Positions 1-9,517 of a stretch of DNA of 33,708 nucleotides are shown one piece after another. The notes under the pieces are model-generated. The model was not told where the DNA came from. It saw only the letters and a program-made list of their open reading frames with translations, and ran no database searches. The position numbers were made by a program, and so were the translations under genes. Numbering within the stretch: the stretch's first letter is position 1; every line of letters begins with the position of its first letter. The DNA is from an uncultured Bacteroidales bacterium (GTDB taxonomy: Bacteria > Bacteroidota > Bacteroidia > Bacteroidales > Muribaculaceae): assembly GCA_900554715.1 (NCBI GenBank), contig USIN01000001.1:1-33708 (forward strand), given 5' to 3'.

Positions 1-1
1 C

Positions 2-193
2 CACACTTCGCTCGCCATAGCCGACGCCATCGCCGCCATAGGGACGCCCGTGGTCGAGATACATCTCTCCAACATCGCGGCCCGCGAGGAAATAAGACAC
101 CGCTCGCTCATAGCCCCCGTATGCCGCGGCACAATCGCCGGTTTCGGCGAACTCTCATACCGCCTTGCCGTCGAGGCCATAAAGAAATTTTAA
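2..193 (+). CDS. aroQ: Type II 3-dehydroquinate dehydratase, 3' part (truncated by window edge)
   Basis: My frame-2 translation is [63 protein letters not shown]. It has the HTS..IxDA and [12 protein letters not shown] motifs of DHQase II. Not in the ORF track. Confidence 0.93.
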   Translation, partial: HTSLAIADAIAAIGTPVVEIHLSNIAAREEIRHRSLIAPVCRGTIAGFGELSYRLAVEAIKKF

Positions 194-217
194 AGGCCAC
201 CTTATAATCCTCTTGCC

Positions 218-1534
218 ATGAAAAAACTGCTGCTCACGCTCGTTGCGGCCTCATCGGCCATCATCGCCGACGCCGCCTACGACAAGACCGAGGCGTCGCT
301 CGACAATTCGGCTATTTATCCCGGGACGACCCACAGCTATGTCGTCGCCGTTCCCGCAGACATTGCCGCAGGCGACACCTGCGCCCTGTATATCGGACTC
401 GACGGCGAGCTGTGCAACGCCTCGGCCCATATCGACAGCCTGACCCGGAGCGGCGTGATGCCCCCGACCGTCTGCGTCTTCCTCCAGCCCGGCGTCGTGC
501 GTGACGCCGACGGAGAAGTCGTCAGATATAACCGCAGCAACGAGTTCGACGCCATCGACGGCCGCTTCGCCTCATTTCTCGAGACGGAGCTGCTGCCTGC
601 CGTCAGGACAATCGTCGGCAAACGCGCCACAATCACCGACGACCCGCAGCAGCGTATGATAATGGGTCTCAGCAGCAGCGGCATCGCCGCCTTCGTGGCC
701 GCATGGAACCGTCCCGATCTCTTCGGCAAGGTCTACAGCGGCTGCGGCACATTCGTGCCTATGCGCGGCGGCAACGAGCTTCAGGCGCTCGTGCGCAAAT
801 CAGAGCCGCGCGACATCAGACTCTTCATCCAGGACGGATATGACGACTGCTGGAACCCGATTTTCGGTTCATGGTACGAAGCCAACGCCATGCTGGGCAC
901 GGCACTCGATTTCGCCGGCTACGACTGCGCGTTCGACTGGGGCGAGGGCGTCCATAGCGTCAGACGCAGCAACGAGATATTCGCCGACATGATGACGACT
1001 CTCTGGAGCCGGCCGCTGGCGGCAAAACCGAGCGGCAATGGCCTGCTCAAAGAGATACTCTCCGACGACCGGGTCTGGAAAACAGAGCAGTCGGCACCTC
1101 TCGCGGTGACTGACGCCGTCGTCGAGGCCGTCTATCCCGACGGCAGCCTCGTCGCCGTGGCCGATGCCGGCGGCAACTGGCTCAATCAGTATATAATCGA
1201 CAGAACAACGGGCGAACGCCGCTATGGCCAGCGCTTCTACTATCTCCACAGCTACACTCCGACACAGCTGACCGTCTCGGGCATGGCCTTCGACTCGAAG
1301 GGCAACCTGTGGACCGTGACAGACGCCGGACTTCAGATCTGCGACCAGAACGGCCGCGTGCGCGCCATTCTGATGCTGCCGCCCGAAGTCACCTCTCTGC
1401 AGCGCTCGGTGATTGAAATCGGCGACGGCGTCGTCAGCATTACCGACCCGGCGACGGGCCGACGGTTTACACGCCGGTTCAACGTCTCGGCTCCCCAGGC
1501 CGGCGTGCGTCCGCCATCACAGGGAGCGGCATGA
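218..1534 (+). CDS. Secreted alpha/beta-hydrolase (putative esterase) with a partial SMP-30/gluconolactonase-like C-terminal region
   Basis: Signal peptide; 'NRSNEFD', nucleophile-elbow-like 'GLSSSG', 'AAWNRPDLF'; C-terminal 'GMAFDSKGNLWTVT..GLQICDQNGRV' propeller-blade motif. Confidence 0.7.
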   Translation: MKKLLLTLVAASSAIIADAAYDKTEASLDNSAIYPGTTHSYVVAVPADIAAGDTCALYIGLDGELCNASAHIDSLTRSGVMPPTVCVFLQPGVVRDADGEVVRYNRSNEFDAIDGRFASFLETELLPAVRTIVGKRATITDDPQQRMIMGLSSSGIAAFVAAWNRPDLFGKVYSGCGTFVPMRGGNELQALVRKSEPRDIRLFIQDGYDDCWNPIFGSWYEANAMLGTALDFAGYDCAFDWGEGVHSVRRSNEIFADMMTTLWSRPLAAKPSGNGLLKEILSDDRVWKTEQSAPLAVTDAVVEAVYPDGSLVAVADAGGNWLNQYIIDRTTGERRYGQRFYYLHSYTPTQLTVSGMAFDSKGNLWTVTDAGLQICDQNGRVRAILMLPPEVTSLQRSVIEIGDGVVSITDPATGRRFTRRFNVSAPQAGVRPPSQGAA

Positions 1535-2559
1535 TAAATCAGGCGACATCGATTCTGCTTATAAGCCTGGCAGCCTTGTCGTCAGCAGCCGCCCTGCCTG
1601 ACGATTTCCGCGGACTGACAGGCCGTGAGATCACAGCTAAAATCAGACTGACACGCCCCACGGCGCTCGTCACCTCAACTCTCGGGGCCTCGGGCGCATG
1701 GGCCGTAACCGGCCGCTATGCCGTCAGAGACGACGGGTCGCTGACCGACTTCTACTCAGACAGCCGCGACTATCGGCTCGGCAACATCGCCGTCGAACCG
1801 CCGCAGGGCATCGAACTGCTGCCGGTAGCGCCGGCGGCATGGTGGGGCGGTGTCTACGGCGACAGCATCGTCAGAGATCTCGTCAACCTCGTGCCGGCCA
1901 ACTTCGATGTCATAGCCTACAAACGCGACTATCCGCCCGGCAAGGTCGAAGAAGCCCTCTGCGACAACGGATTCTGGCGCAGCGGCATCGCCACGATAGC
2001 CTCGACCGAGACCAATGTCTTCGAGCCGGCCGACTGCTACAAGGGTGACTTCGCCCGCATTTTCATGTATATGGCCGCCGTCTGGCCGATGTCGTTCTGG
2101 CAAAGCTACGGGCCGATGATATACCTCGACGGAGACTGGCCGCTGCTCAACCTCTACAGCCGGCGTCTGCTGCTCGCGTGGCACCGCGACGACCCGGTCG
2201 ACGACTTCGAGCGTCAGCGCGACAGGGTGATAAGCGAGGCACAGGGCTGCGGCAACCCATTTGTCACGATGCCCGAACTTGTCGAATATGTCTGGGGAGA
2301 CAGTGTCGGACAGCCCTACACACCGCCGTCAGAAAGCGGAGAACCGCGCCGGCCGCTCAAAGCTGTATATTCCATCGCCGCCGACCGCATTCTGACTCTC
2401 TACAGCCCTTATATAGCCTCAGACGTGACGTGGACCGTCGACGGCAAAACTGTCGGGGAGGAGAGCATAAGTTTGAGCGACCTGGGCACAGGCCGACATG
2501 TCATAGCCTATAACAACCGACGACTCCGCGGCACTCTCATAATCCATGTCAGGCCATGA
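1531..2559 (+). CDS. Endonuclease I-family secreted protein, active site apparently degenerate
   Basis: Motifs WWGG, DLVNLVP, FEPADCYKGDFARIFMYM, LLLAWHRDDPV, QGxxNPF..PELVEYVWG; signal peptide; ATGA overlap with the upstream gene. Confidence 0.8.
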   Translation: MINQATSILLISLAALSSAAALPDDFRGLTGREITAKIRLTRPTALVTSTLGASGAWAVTGRYAVRDDGSLTDFYSDSRDYRLGNIAVEPPQGIELLPVAPAAWWGGVYGDSIVRDLVNLVPANFDVIAYKRDYPPGKVEEALCDNGFWRSGIATIASTETNVFEPADCYKGDFARIFMYMAAVWPMSFWQSYGPMIYLDGDWPLLNLYSRRLLLAWHRDDPVDDFERQRDRVISEAQGCGNPFVTMPELVEYVWGDSVGQPYTPPSESGEPRRPLKAVYSIAADRILTLYSPYIASDVTWTVDGKTVGEESISLSDLGTGRHVIAYNNRRLRGTLIIHVRP

Positions 2560-3218
2560 AACAGCTTATCACCGCCATATTTCTCACCCTCCTCCTCGCC
2601 GGCTGCGGCAAAGACCGCAAAGAGATTGTCGTCAATCCCTCGCTGAGCGCCGCCGAAATCACCCTCGAAACCGGCGAACGCGCCGAAATCACCGTCAGCG
2701 ACGCCGACGCCTTCACTGTCAGCTCGTCTGACGAAAGCGTCGTCACCGCCGAGGCCGACGTCAGCCGTCGCAAGGTCATCGTCGAAGCCAAAGGCGCAGG
2801 CAGCGCCATCGTCAGCGCCTATGTCGGGCGCCCGGCACCGCTCACCGTCAAAGTCACCGTCACACAGACCGACCGCGCTCCCGATATCAGCGACCAGCTC
2901 GGCGACAGGTCGATGAGATATGTCTCTGACGGCCTGACACTGCGCTATGACGAGGGCGGCATCATCTTCGAGACAGACGGGCGCGGACGATATACCATCG
3001 TCGACATCACGGCCGGACGCCGCATCGTCTTCGACGCGGGAGAACAGGCCGCCTCTATCCCCTTAAGACTCGAAAAAGCCTCACTGACAGTCGACGGCGA
3101 GCCGCTGGCGCTGCGCTATGCCGCCGCAGAGGCGCGCAGCAGCGACAACGCGACCGTCTGGTACTGTCTCGTCACGACAGATAACCGTCGCATCGTAATC
3201 GTCATGAATGAATTCTAA
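2556..3218 (+). CDS. Lipoprotein with an Ig-like N-terminal domain
   Basis: Lipobox LLAG-C; 'FTVSSSDESVVTA...GAGSAIV' resembles a bacterial Ig-like repeat; ATGA coupling to the upstream gene. Confidence 0.7.
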   Translation: MKQLITAIFLTLLLAGCGKDRKEIVVNPSLSAAEITLETGERAEITVSDADAFTVSSSDESVVTAEADVSRRKVIVEAKGAGSAIVSAYVGRPAPLTVKVTVTQTDRAPDISDQLGDRSMRYVSDGLTLRYDEGGIIFETDGRGRYTIVDITAGRRIVFDAGEQAASIPLRLEKASLTVDGEPLALRYAAAEARSSDNATVWYCLVTTDNRRIVIVMNEF

Positions 3219-3769
3219 AAATCCTCGTCGGTCTCGGCGAAGCGCCGCGACGCGGGGATTGCTATCAGAGTGGCGGGATTGTAAAGACGCCCCAGCGACA
3301 GGTCGAAACCGGCGTCGAGCAACATTCTCGCCAGTTCGGGCTTGCCTCGGAAACCGTGGATAATCCAGCGTTGCGACGGACGCAGACGGCGCCGCAGGGC
3401 GATGAGTCTGTCATAAGATTTGACGGCGTGGATGATGAGCGGCAGGTCGTATTCGCGGCTCAGACCTATCTGGCGCAAGAATATTTCCTCCTGGCGCTCA
3501 GGATCGGCTCCCCGCAGGCGGTCGATGCCGGCTTCGCCGACAGCCACGACGTTGGGGTGTGTTTCTATGGCGAGGCGCATCGACGCCATCAGCTCATCGA
3601 GCCGCGCGTCGCTCATGCCGGCCGTATGCCAGGGATGTATACCTATGCTGTAGAATCGGCCCGCGTCATCGGGCTGCTCGCCGGCATAAAGGTTTATGAC
3701 GGCATTGGCGCCGGCCTGACGGTTGTGGGTGTGGACGTCATCGAAGTCAGTGATGTCGCGTCGTTTCAT
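3215..3769 (-). CDS. TatD-family hydrolase/DNase (short, 184 aa)
   Basis: DVHTH, GIHPW, GEAGID, IIHAVK, IIHGF, ETD motifs. Start reassigned to ATG 3769, which overlaps the yidD stop (ATGA). Confidence 0.88.
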   Translation of the reverse strand: MKRRDITDFDDVHTHNRQAGANAVINLYAGEQPDDAGRFYSIGIHPWHTAGMSDARLDELMASMRLAIETHPNVVAVGEAGIDRLRGADPERQEEIFLRQIGLSREYDLPLIIHAVKSYDRLIALRRRLRPSQRWIIHGFRGKPELARMLLDAGFDLSLGRLYNPATLIAIPASRRFAETDEDF

Positions 3770-4023
3770 GGCACAGGGTCGTAACCGCTGCCGCCCCATG
3801 GATGGCAGCGCAGGATGCGTCTGATGGCGAGCCACGAGCCTTTGATTGCGCCGTGGCGGCGCAGGGCCTCGAGAGCATATCGGCTGCATGTCGGTGTATA
3901 GCGGCAGCTCGGCGGCAGCATCGGCGAGATGGCTCCGCGGTAAAAAAGTATAGGCAGACTGAGTATGGCGACAACGATTCTGTCGGCCGACTTGCAGATT
4001 CTTTTAACCGGGCCTGTTTTCAT
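3766..4023 (-). CDS. yidD: Membrane protein insertion efficiency factor YidD
   Basis: [19 protein letters not shown]...[17 protein letters not shown] signature; adjacent to rnpA. Confidence 0.96.
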   Translation of the reverse strand: MKTGPVKRICKSADRIVVAILSLPILFYRGAISPMLPPSCRYTPTCSRYALEALRRHGAIKGSWLAIRRILRCHPWGGSGYDPVP

Positions 4024-4453
4024 CTTGCGAGGAGGAAGAGGGGAGAGATTCAGATATCTTTGCCGGAGTGTTCACAGAAGCGGCGACCGCTTCAAGCAGA
4101 CGGCGGACAGCGCTCTCGACACTCTGATAAGGTTTCAGCCCCGAAGCGACATAGATGAAGGCGATGTCGATTCTGACACCGTCGGGCAGCGCGACATCAT
4201 GACGGTTGAGCCTGTAGGCCTCGCGGACACGGCGGCGCATGGCGACACGGTCGACGGCATGGCGCAGGCGCTTTTTGGGAACAGAAACGAGAAAACACAG
4301 AGGCGCGTCACTGCTGCGGCGGGGATTAAGACGCCAAACGGCGCGCAGCGGATAGGCAAGCGCACCGTCAGTGTGGCTGTCGCGGCTAAAGAGTTGCTCG
4401 ATTGCGACAGCGGAACAAAGTTTTTCTTTCTTATATAGCCTGGTTTTTATCAC
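4004..4453 (-). CDS. rnpA: Ribonuclease P protein component
   Basis: '[10 protein letters not shown]', 'YPLRAV', '[28 protein letters not shown]' (RNR-like motif); GTG start overlapping the hemD stop. Confidence 0.93.
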   Translation of the reverse strand: MIKTRLYKKEKLCSAVAIEQLFSRDSHTDGALAYPLRAVWRLNPRRSSDAPLCFLVSVPKKRLRHAVDRVAMRRRVREAYRLNRHDVALPDGVRIDIAFIYVASGLKPYQSVESAVRRLLEAVAASVNTPAKISESLPSSSSQDENRPG

Positions 4454-5199
4454 TTGCCGGCCGTTTTCGACAGATATAAATCGAGGGCGGCTGTCATCGA
4501 CGGAGCCTCGACCGACGGAGCCTCGATGTCAAGGCGCAGCCCGGCGTCTTTGACAGCTTTGGCGGTAGTGGCGCCGAAAGTGGCGATTTTGATATCGCCC
4601 TGATTGAAATCAGGGAAGTTCTTCGACAGAGACTCGATGCCCTGGGGACTGAAGAAGACAAGCATGTCGTAATCAAACGGCTCGTCGGCGGCAAAGTCAT
4701 TGCTGACAGTGCGGTACATAACGGCACGTGTGTAGGTGAGATTGTTGTCGGCGAGAAGCTGCGAGTCTGAGCCGTTGTTGACATCAGAGACGGCAAAGAG
4801 GAATTTCTCGTTCTTGTGTTTGAGCATCGAGGGCAGAAGGTCGGCGAGATGGCCGGTCTTCGACGAGAAAATCTTGCGTTTGCGATAGACGATATATTTC
4901 TGGAGATAGTTGGCGATGGTATCGCTGGTGCAGAAATATTTCATCGTGTCGGGGATATTCACTCTCATTTCCTCGCAAAGTCTGAAAAAATGGTCGATGG
5001 CGGTCTTGGCGGTGAAAATCACTGCCGAATGGTCGAGAATCGACACTTTCTGCTGACGGAATTCCTTGGCGCTCAAACCTTCGACTTTTATAAAAGGGCG
5101 GAAAACAATTTCTACTCCGTATTTGTCTGCAATTTCAAAATACGGTGATTTTTCAGATGCGGGTCTGGGCTGAGAAACGAGTATCTTGTTTATTTTCAC
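4450..5199 (-). CDS. hemD: Uroporphyrinogen-III synthase-family protein
   Basis: MKINKILVSQPRP..KSPY, FRPFIKVEG, YLQKYIVYRKRK, FFSPQGI; typical Bacteroidetes context upstream of rnpA. Confidence 0.9.
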   Translation of the reverse strand: MKINKILVSQPRPASEKSPYFEIADKYGVEIVFRPFIKVEGLSAKEFRQQKVSILDHSAVIFTAKTAIDHFFRLCEEMRVNIPDTMKYFCTSDTIANYLQKYIVYRKRKIFSSKTGHLADLLPSMLKHKNEKFLFAVSDVNNGSDSQLLADNNLTYTRAVMYRTVSNDFAADEPFDYDMLVFFSPQGIESLSKNFPDFNQGDIKIATFGATTAKAVKDAGLRLDIEAPSVEAPSMTAALDLYLSKTAGK

Positions 5200-5230
5200 T
5201 ATTGTGTGCGTTACAGAATTTAACGAGGCC

Positions 5231-6097
5231 TTAGACTATCATCAAGGCCATCTTATATACAAATAATACAGGTATTATTTCTAAGGCGCAAAGGTACAAA
5301 ATAAAATAGAGCAGAGATGAAAAATTTATGAAAAAAATTCTAAAACCTTTGACAATAAACAGTAGTCGCGCTATAAAATAGAGGCTTGCAGCTATCACAA
5401 TGACAGCCTTATCGGCCGCAGGATAAAAAACTGCCAGCAGAACCGGGATGATAAGCGCTATGCCGAGCATCGACTGCGAGGCATTGAAACCGGCTATCCA
5501 GGCAGACCGCCGTTCGGTCGAGGTGAAGATATAACCAACTGTATTGTAGGCTGCGAGCTGAAATATATAGTATGCGGCCATAAGCCCTGACGTACGTGCC
5601 ACGCCGGTGAATATACCGATGTCGTCGGGACGGCTCTCTACTGTCACCGTGACATAGAGGAGAATGCCGGCGCAGACTATGAACTGCCCGATAAGCAGCA
5701 GCGTCAGACGGGTTTCGTTCGACGTATGCTCGTCGAAGGCGTTGTTTCGGTCTTTGAACGAACCGAGCTCATCGAAAAAGTGCGAGAACATATGGCGGCT
5801 GTTCCTGACGTTGAGGGCGAGAAAGACAAAGAGCAGCACAAGTATCGTCAGAATTCCCGAATCACGGCCTATGCCTGTCTGGCGCGACGCCCCCTCGATG
5901 CCGTCGAGCCAGGCGTCAGGGTCGCGCTCCGTGACTGCAGCGACCGCGGCGACGCTGTCGGCGGCGGCACATGTGACCGTGTCGGCCACGGGCAGATGCG
6001 ACGCTATCGAATCGATGTCGAAGAGCAGTGTGCCGGCGCTGTCGGCCACAGGTGAAAGCATCACCGGAGTGATTATGGAATCTGTCATTTGCGGCAC
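5231..6097 (-). CDS. DUF4271-type multi-pass membrane protein
   Basis: Several TM segments and C-terminal 'YFILYLCALEIIP'; position upstream of hemD. Start uncertain (GTG 6097 or ATG 6088). Confidence 0.8.
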   Translation of the reverse strand: MPQMTDSIITPVMLSPVADSAGTLLFDIDSIASHLPVADTVTCAAADSVAAVAAVTERDPDAWLDGIEGASRQTGIGRDSGILTILVLLFVFLALNVRNSRHMFSHFFDELGSFKDRNNAFDEHTSNETRLTLLLIGQFIVCAGILLYVTVTVESRPDDIGIFTGVARTSGLMAAYYIFQLAAYNTVGYIFTSTERRSAWIAGFNASQSMLGIALIIPVLLAVFYPAADKAVIVIAASLYFIARLLFIVKGFRIFFINFSSLLYFILYLCALEIIPVLFVYKMALMIV

Positions 6098-6102
6098 TGC
6101 GG

Positions 6103-6678
6103 TCAGAATTTAGGGGTGAGTGTGAGGGGCGACGGTTCGGCTGTCGCCATTGCGACGGCTTCGGCGGCATCTGCGGCGACAGACCATAGCCGCCTGTGGT
6201 CGGCTTTCATGAAACCGCGCTCCACGGCGGTGCCGAGCATGGCCAGGAGATTGTCATAATAGCCGTCGACATTATAAATGACGATATTGCCGTCATAGAG
6301 ACCCAGCTGACGCCAGGTGATAATCTCCATCAGCTCCTCGAATGTGCCTATGCCGCCGGGCAGGGCGATGACGCCGCGCGCCAGCGAGGCCATCGTCTCT
6401 TTTCGTGAGTGCATGCCGTCGGTGACAATCAGCCTCGACAGTCCGGTGTGATGCCAGCCGCGTTCGACCATAAATTGCGGTATCACACCGACAGTGACAC
6501 CTCCGGCAGCCAGAGCGGCGTCGTTGACAGCGCCCATGAGACCCATGTTGCCGGCGCCCGTTATAAGAGGGAGGCCGCTCCGGGCTATGAGGGTACCAAG
6601 CTCCCGGGCAGCCTCGAAATAGCTGTCGGCGACTGCCGTGCTCGACGCACAATAGACGGTTATTCCTTTAGTTTCCAT
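6103..6678 (-). CDS. LOG-family nucleotide phosphoribohydrolase (TIGR00730-like)
   Basis: VYCASS, GLMGAV, MHSRK, PGGIGTFEE motifs; ATG 6678 lies just downstream of a TAATTTTG element. Confidence 0.93.
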   Translation of the reverse strand: METKGITVYCASSTAVADSYFEAARELGTLIARSGLPLITGAGNMGLMGAVNDAALAAGGVTVGVIPQFMVERGWHHTGLSRLIVTDGMHSRKETMASLARGVIALPGGIGTFEELMEIITWRQLGLYDGNIVIYNVDGYYDNLLAMLGTAVERGFMKADHRRLWSVAADAAEAVAMATAEPSPLTLTPKF

Positions 6679-6687
6679 TTGTAACTG

Positions 6688-6747
6688 CAAAATTAGTGAG
6701 TTTTTTCACCATTGAGACATCCTTTTCAGAAAAATAGTTTAATTTTG
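6688..6747. promoter_or_regulatory. Divergent Bacteroidetes sigma-A promoters (-7 elements)
   Basis: TAATTTTG on the minus strand at 6688-6695 (LOG operon) and on the plus strand at 6740-6747 (DUF4254 operon); matches the TAnnTTTG consensus. Confidence 0.65.
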
Positions 6748-6791
6748 TGTCTAATCTATTTTTTTCAAACTAACGACAACATTATCCCAAG

Positions 6792-7406
6792 ATGACTTTT
6801 GCCGAAAAATGTTATGAAATTTTCGAGCGTTCGACCGCCGATTATCATAAATACGACGACGTCGACGCCGTGATTGCCAATCCCTATGCCGATGGCACCA
6901 TCGACCACACTCTTTACGCCAAAAACATGATCGATGCCGTGCAGTGGCACCTCGAAGACATAATCCGCGACCCCGAAATCGATCCCGTGGCCGCTCTCGC
7001 CCTGAAAAGACGCATCGACAGGTCAAATCAGGACCGCACCGACATGGTCGAGGAGTTCGACACATATTTCCGTCACAAATATAAAGACGTCGAGGTCGCA
7101 GCCGACGCCACAATCAACACCGAGAGCCCGGCCTGGGCGCTCGACCGCCTGTCGATACTGGCGCTGAAGATCTACCACATGAAGGCCGAGACCGAGCGTC
7201 CCGACGCCGACGCGGCCCACAAGGCTCGCTGTCAGGCCAAACTCGACGTGCTCCTCGAACAGCGCACCGACCTCACATCGGCCATCGACACCCTCCTCGA
7301 CGACATCGCCGCGGGCCGCAAATACATGAAAGTCTACCGTCAGATGAAGATGTATAACGACGAGGACACCAACCCCGTGCTCTATGGCTCGAAACAGCCA
7401 AAGTAG
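6792..7406 (+). CDS. DUF4254-family protein
   Basis: IDAVQWHLEDIIRDP, KRRIDRSNQDRTD, NTESPAWALDRLSILALKIYHM, YRQMKMYND. Confidence 0.88.
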   Translation: MTFAEKCYEIFERSTADYHKYDDVDAVIANPYADGTIDHTLYAKNMIDAVQWHLEDIIRDPEIDPVAALALKRRIDRSNQDRTDMVEEFDTYFRHKYKDVEVAADATINTESPAWALDRLSILALKIYHMKAETERPDADAAHKARCQAKLDVLLEQRTDLTSAIDTLLDDIAAGRKYMKVYRQMKMYNDEDTNPVLYGSKQPK

Positions 7407-8475
7407 CGGCAACGACCGCGGTCTGGTCAGCGTTCTTGTGGTGCGTTTCTCGGCCATGGGCGACGTGGCCATGACCGTGCCCGTACTCTACAGCGCGTGC
7501 CGCTGTTATCCCGACGTTAATTTCGTGATGGTGACGCGGCCGGCGATGACCGGCTTCTTTGTCAACGCGCCGGCAAATCTCACCGTCGTCGGCGCCGACG
7601 TCAAGAATGACTACAAAGGCCCGTCGGGTCTGAGACGCCTGACATCGGAGCTTATCGGCCAGTATAAGCCCGACTGCATGCTCGACCTTCACAATGTGCT
7701 GCGTACCAAAATCATGTCGTTCTTCTGCCGTCTGCGCGGCGTCAGAGTCGTGACAATCAACAAAGGCCGTGCAAACAAACGCGCCCTGACACGCCAGAGA
7801 AACAAAATCATGCTGCCGCTCGACTCGTCGCGCGCCCGCTACCGCGCCGTCTTCCATAAAGCCGGACTTCCCGTGAGCGAGCGTTTCAACGGCCTCTACG
7901 ACGGCCCTGCAAAAGCCGACACGACGCTTTTCGACAGCATATCGGCTCCGAAGCGTCCCGGCGTGAAGTGGGTCGGCATCGCACCTTTCGCAGCTCACAT
8001 GGGCAAAATCTATCCGCCCGGGAAGATGGAGGCCGTCGTGGCATCGCTCTCAGAGAAGAACCCCGACACCGAGATATTCCTCTTCGGCGGAGGCGGCGAC
8101 GAGAAAAAAATCCTCGACGCCTGGGAGTCAAAATATCCGCGTGTCAGAAATCTCGCAGGCAAAAAATACGGCTTCAAGGCCGAACTGGCTCTCATCAACC
8201 ATCTCGACGTCATGGTGTCGATGGACTCGGCCAACATGCACCTCGCTTCTATCACCGCCACCCCGACGATAAGCATCTGGGGCGCGACACACTCATACTG
8301 CGGCTTCAGAGGCTGGCGTCAGAGCGACAGCGACATGATACAGCTGCCGATGACCTGCCGCCCATGCTCTGTCTTCGGCGACAAACCGTGTCAGCGAGGC
8401 GACTATCTCTGCATGACAGCCATCAAACCCGAAGTGATTTACAAAAAGATACTCGATAAAATAGATATTCGTTAA
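7384..8475 (+). CDS. Glycosyltransferase family 9 (heptosyltransferase-like)
   Basis: [42 protein letters not shown] motifs. Confidence 0.92.
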   Translation: MARNSQSSGNDRGLVSVLVVRFSAMGDVAMTVPVLYSACRCYPDVNFVMVTRPAMTGFFVNAPANLTVVGADVKNDYKGPSGLRRLTSELIGQYKPDCMLDLHNVLRTKIMSFFCRLRGVRVVTINKGRANKRALTRQRNKIMLPLDSSRARYRAVFHKAGLPVSERFNGLYDGPAKADTTLFDSISAPKRPGVKWVGIAPFAAHMGKIYPPGKMEAVVASLSEKNPDTEIFLFGGGGDEKKILDAWESKYPRVRNLAGKKYGFKAELALINHLDVMVSMDSANMHLASITATPTISIWGATHSYCGFRGWRQSDSDMIQLPMTCRPCSVFGDKPCQRGDYLCMTAIKPEVIYKKILDKIDIR

Positions 8476-8477
8476 AT

Positions 8478-9512
8478 ATGAGCGAACCCTTTGACATACG
8501 CGCCAACGCCGCCCGCGGCTCCGAGCAGGAGATAGAGAAAGCCCTGCGTCCGGGCCGCTTCGAATCGTTCAGCGGTCAGGACAAAATCGTCGAAAACCTC
8601 AAGGTTTTTGTCGATGCGGCCAAGATGCGCGGCGAGGCTCTCGACCATATTCTGCTCTTCGGGCCGCCCGGCTTGGGCAAGACGACTCTCGCAGGCATCA
8701 TCGCCAACGAGCTCGGCGTCGGCATGAAAGTAACCTCGGGACCCGTGCTCGACAAGCCCGGCGACCTCGCCGGCATACTCACCTCGCTCGAGGAGAACGA
8801 CGTGCTCTTTATCGACGAGATACACCGTCTCAGTCCTGTCGTCGAGGAATATCTCTACTCTGCGATGGAAGACTACCGCATCGACATCATGATCGACAAG
8901 GGCCCGGGCGCCCGCAGCGTCCAGCTGACTCTCAGCCCCTTCACCCTCGTCGGCGCAACGACCCGCAGCGGCCTGCTGACATCGCCCCTACGCGCGCGTT
9001 TCGGCATCAAGAGCCACCTCCAGTACTACGACCACGAGGTTCTCTCTAACATCATCATGCGCTCGGCCAAGCTCCTCAACATCACCTGCACCTCGCAGGC
9101 CGCCGGCGAGATCGCCATGCGCAGCCGCGGCACCCCGCGTATCGCCAACGCCCTGCTCCGGCGCGTCAGAGACTTCGCCCAGGTCAAAGGCTCGGGTGTC
9201 ATCGACCTCGAAATCACAAAATATGCCCTCGAGGCTCTCAATATAGACCACTACGGTCTCGACGAGATCGACAACAAGATTCTGACGACGATAATCACCA
9301 AATTCAAGGGTGGCCCGGTCGGCCTGTCGACAATAGCCACAGCCATCGGCGAAGACCCCGGCACGGTCGAGGAGGTCTACGAGCCCTACCTCATCAAAGA
9401 GGGCTTCATCAAACGCACACCCCGCGGACGCGAAGTCACCGACCTCGCCTACGAGCACCTCGGCGGACGAACCCACCGCGACGGCGGACTTTTTGACATC
9501 GACAACATCTGA
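8478..9512 (+). CDS. ruvB: Holliday junction branch migration helicase RuvB
   Basis: Walker [10 protein letters not shown], Walker [40 protein letters not shown]. Confidence 0.98.
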   Translation: MSEPFDIRANAARGSEQEIEKALRPGRFESFSGQDKIVENLKVFVDAAKMRGEALDHILLFGPPGLGKTTLAGIIANELGVGMKVTSGPVLDKPGDLAGILTSLEENDVLFIDEIHRLSPVVEEYLYSAMEDYRIDIMIDKGPGARSVQLTLSPFTLVGATTRSGLLTSPLRARFGIKSHLQYYDHEVLSNIIMRSAKLLNITCTSQAAGEIAMRSRGTPRIANALLRRVRDFAQVKGSGVIDLEITKYALEALNIDHYGLDEIDNKILTTIITKFKGGPVGLSTIATAIGEDPGTVEEVYEPYLIKEGFIKRTPRGREVTDLAYEHLGGRTHRDGGLFDIDNI

Positions 9513-9517
9513 CAGCA

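Noticed and set aside
3770..3889. N-terminal 40-aa extension of TatD in the ORF track
   Set aside because: It overlaps yidD; ATG 3769 with ATGA coupling is the more plausible start.
4499..4526. Short direct repeat GACGGAGCCTCGA in hemD
   Set aside because: It encodes EAPSVEAPSM in frame, an ordinary coding repeat.
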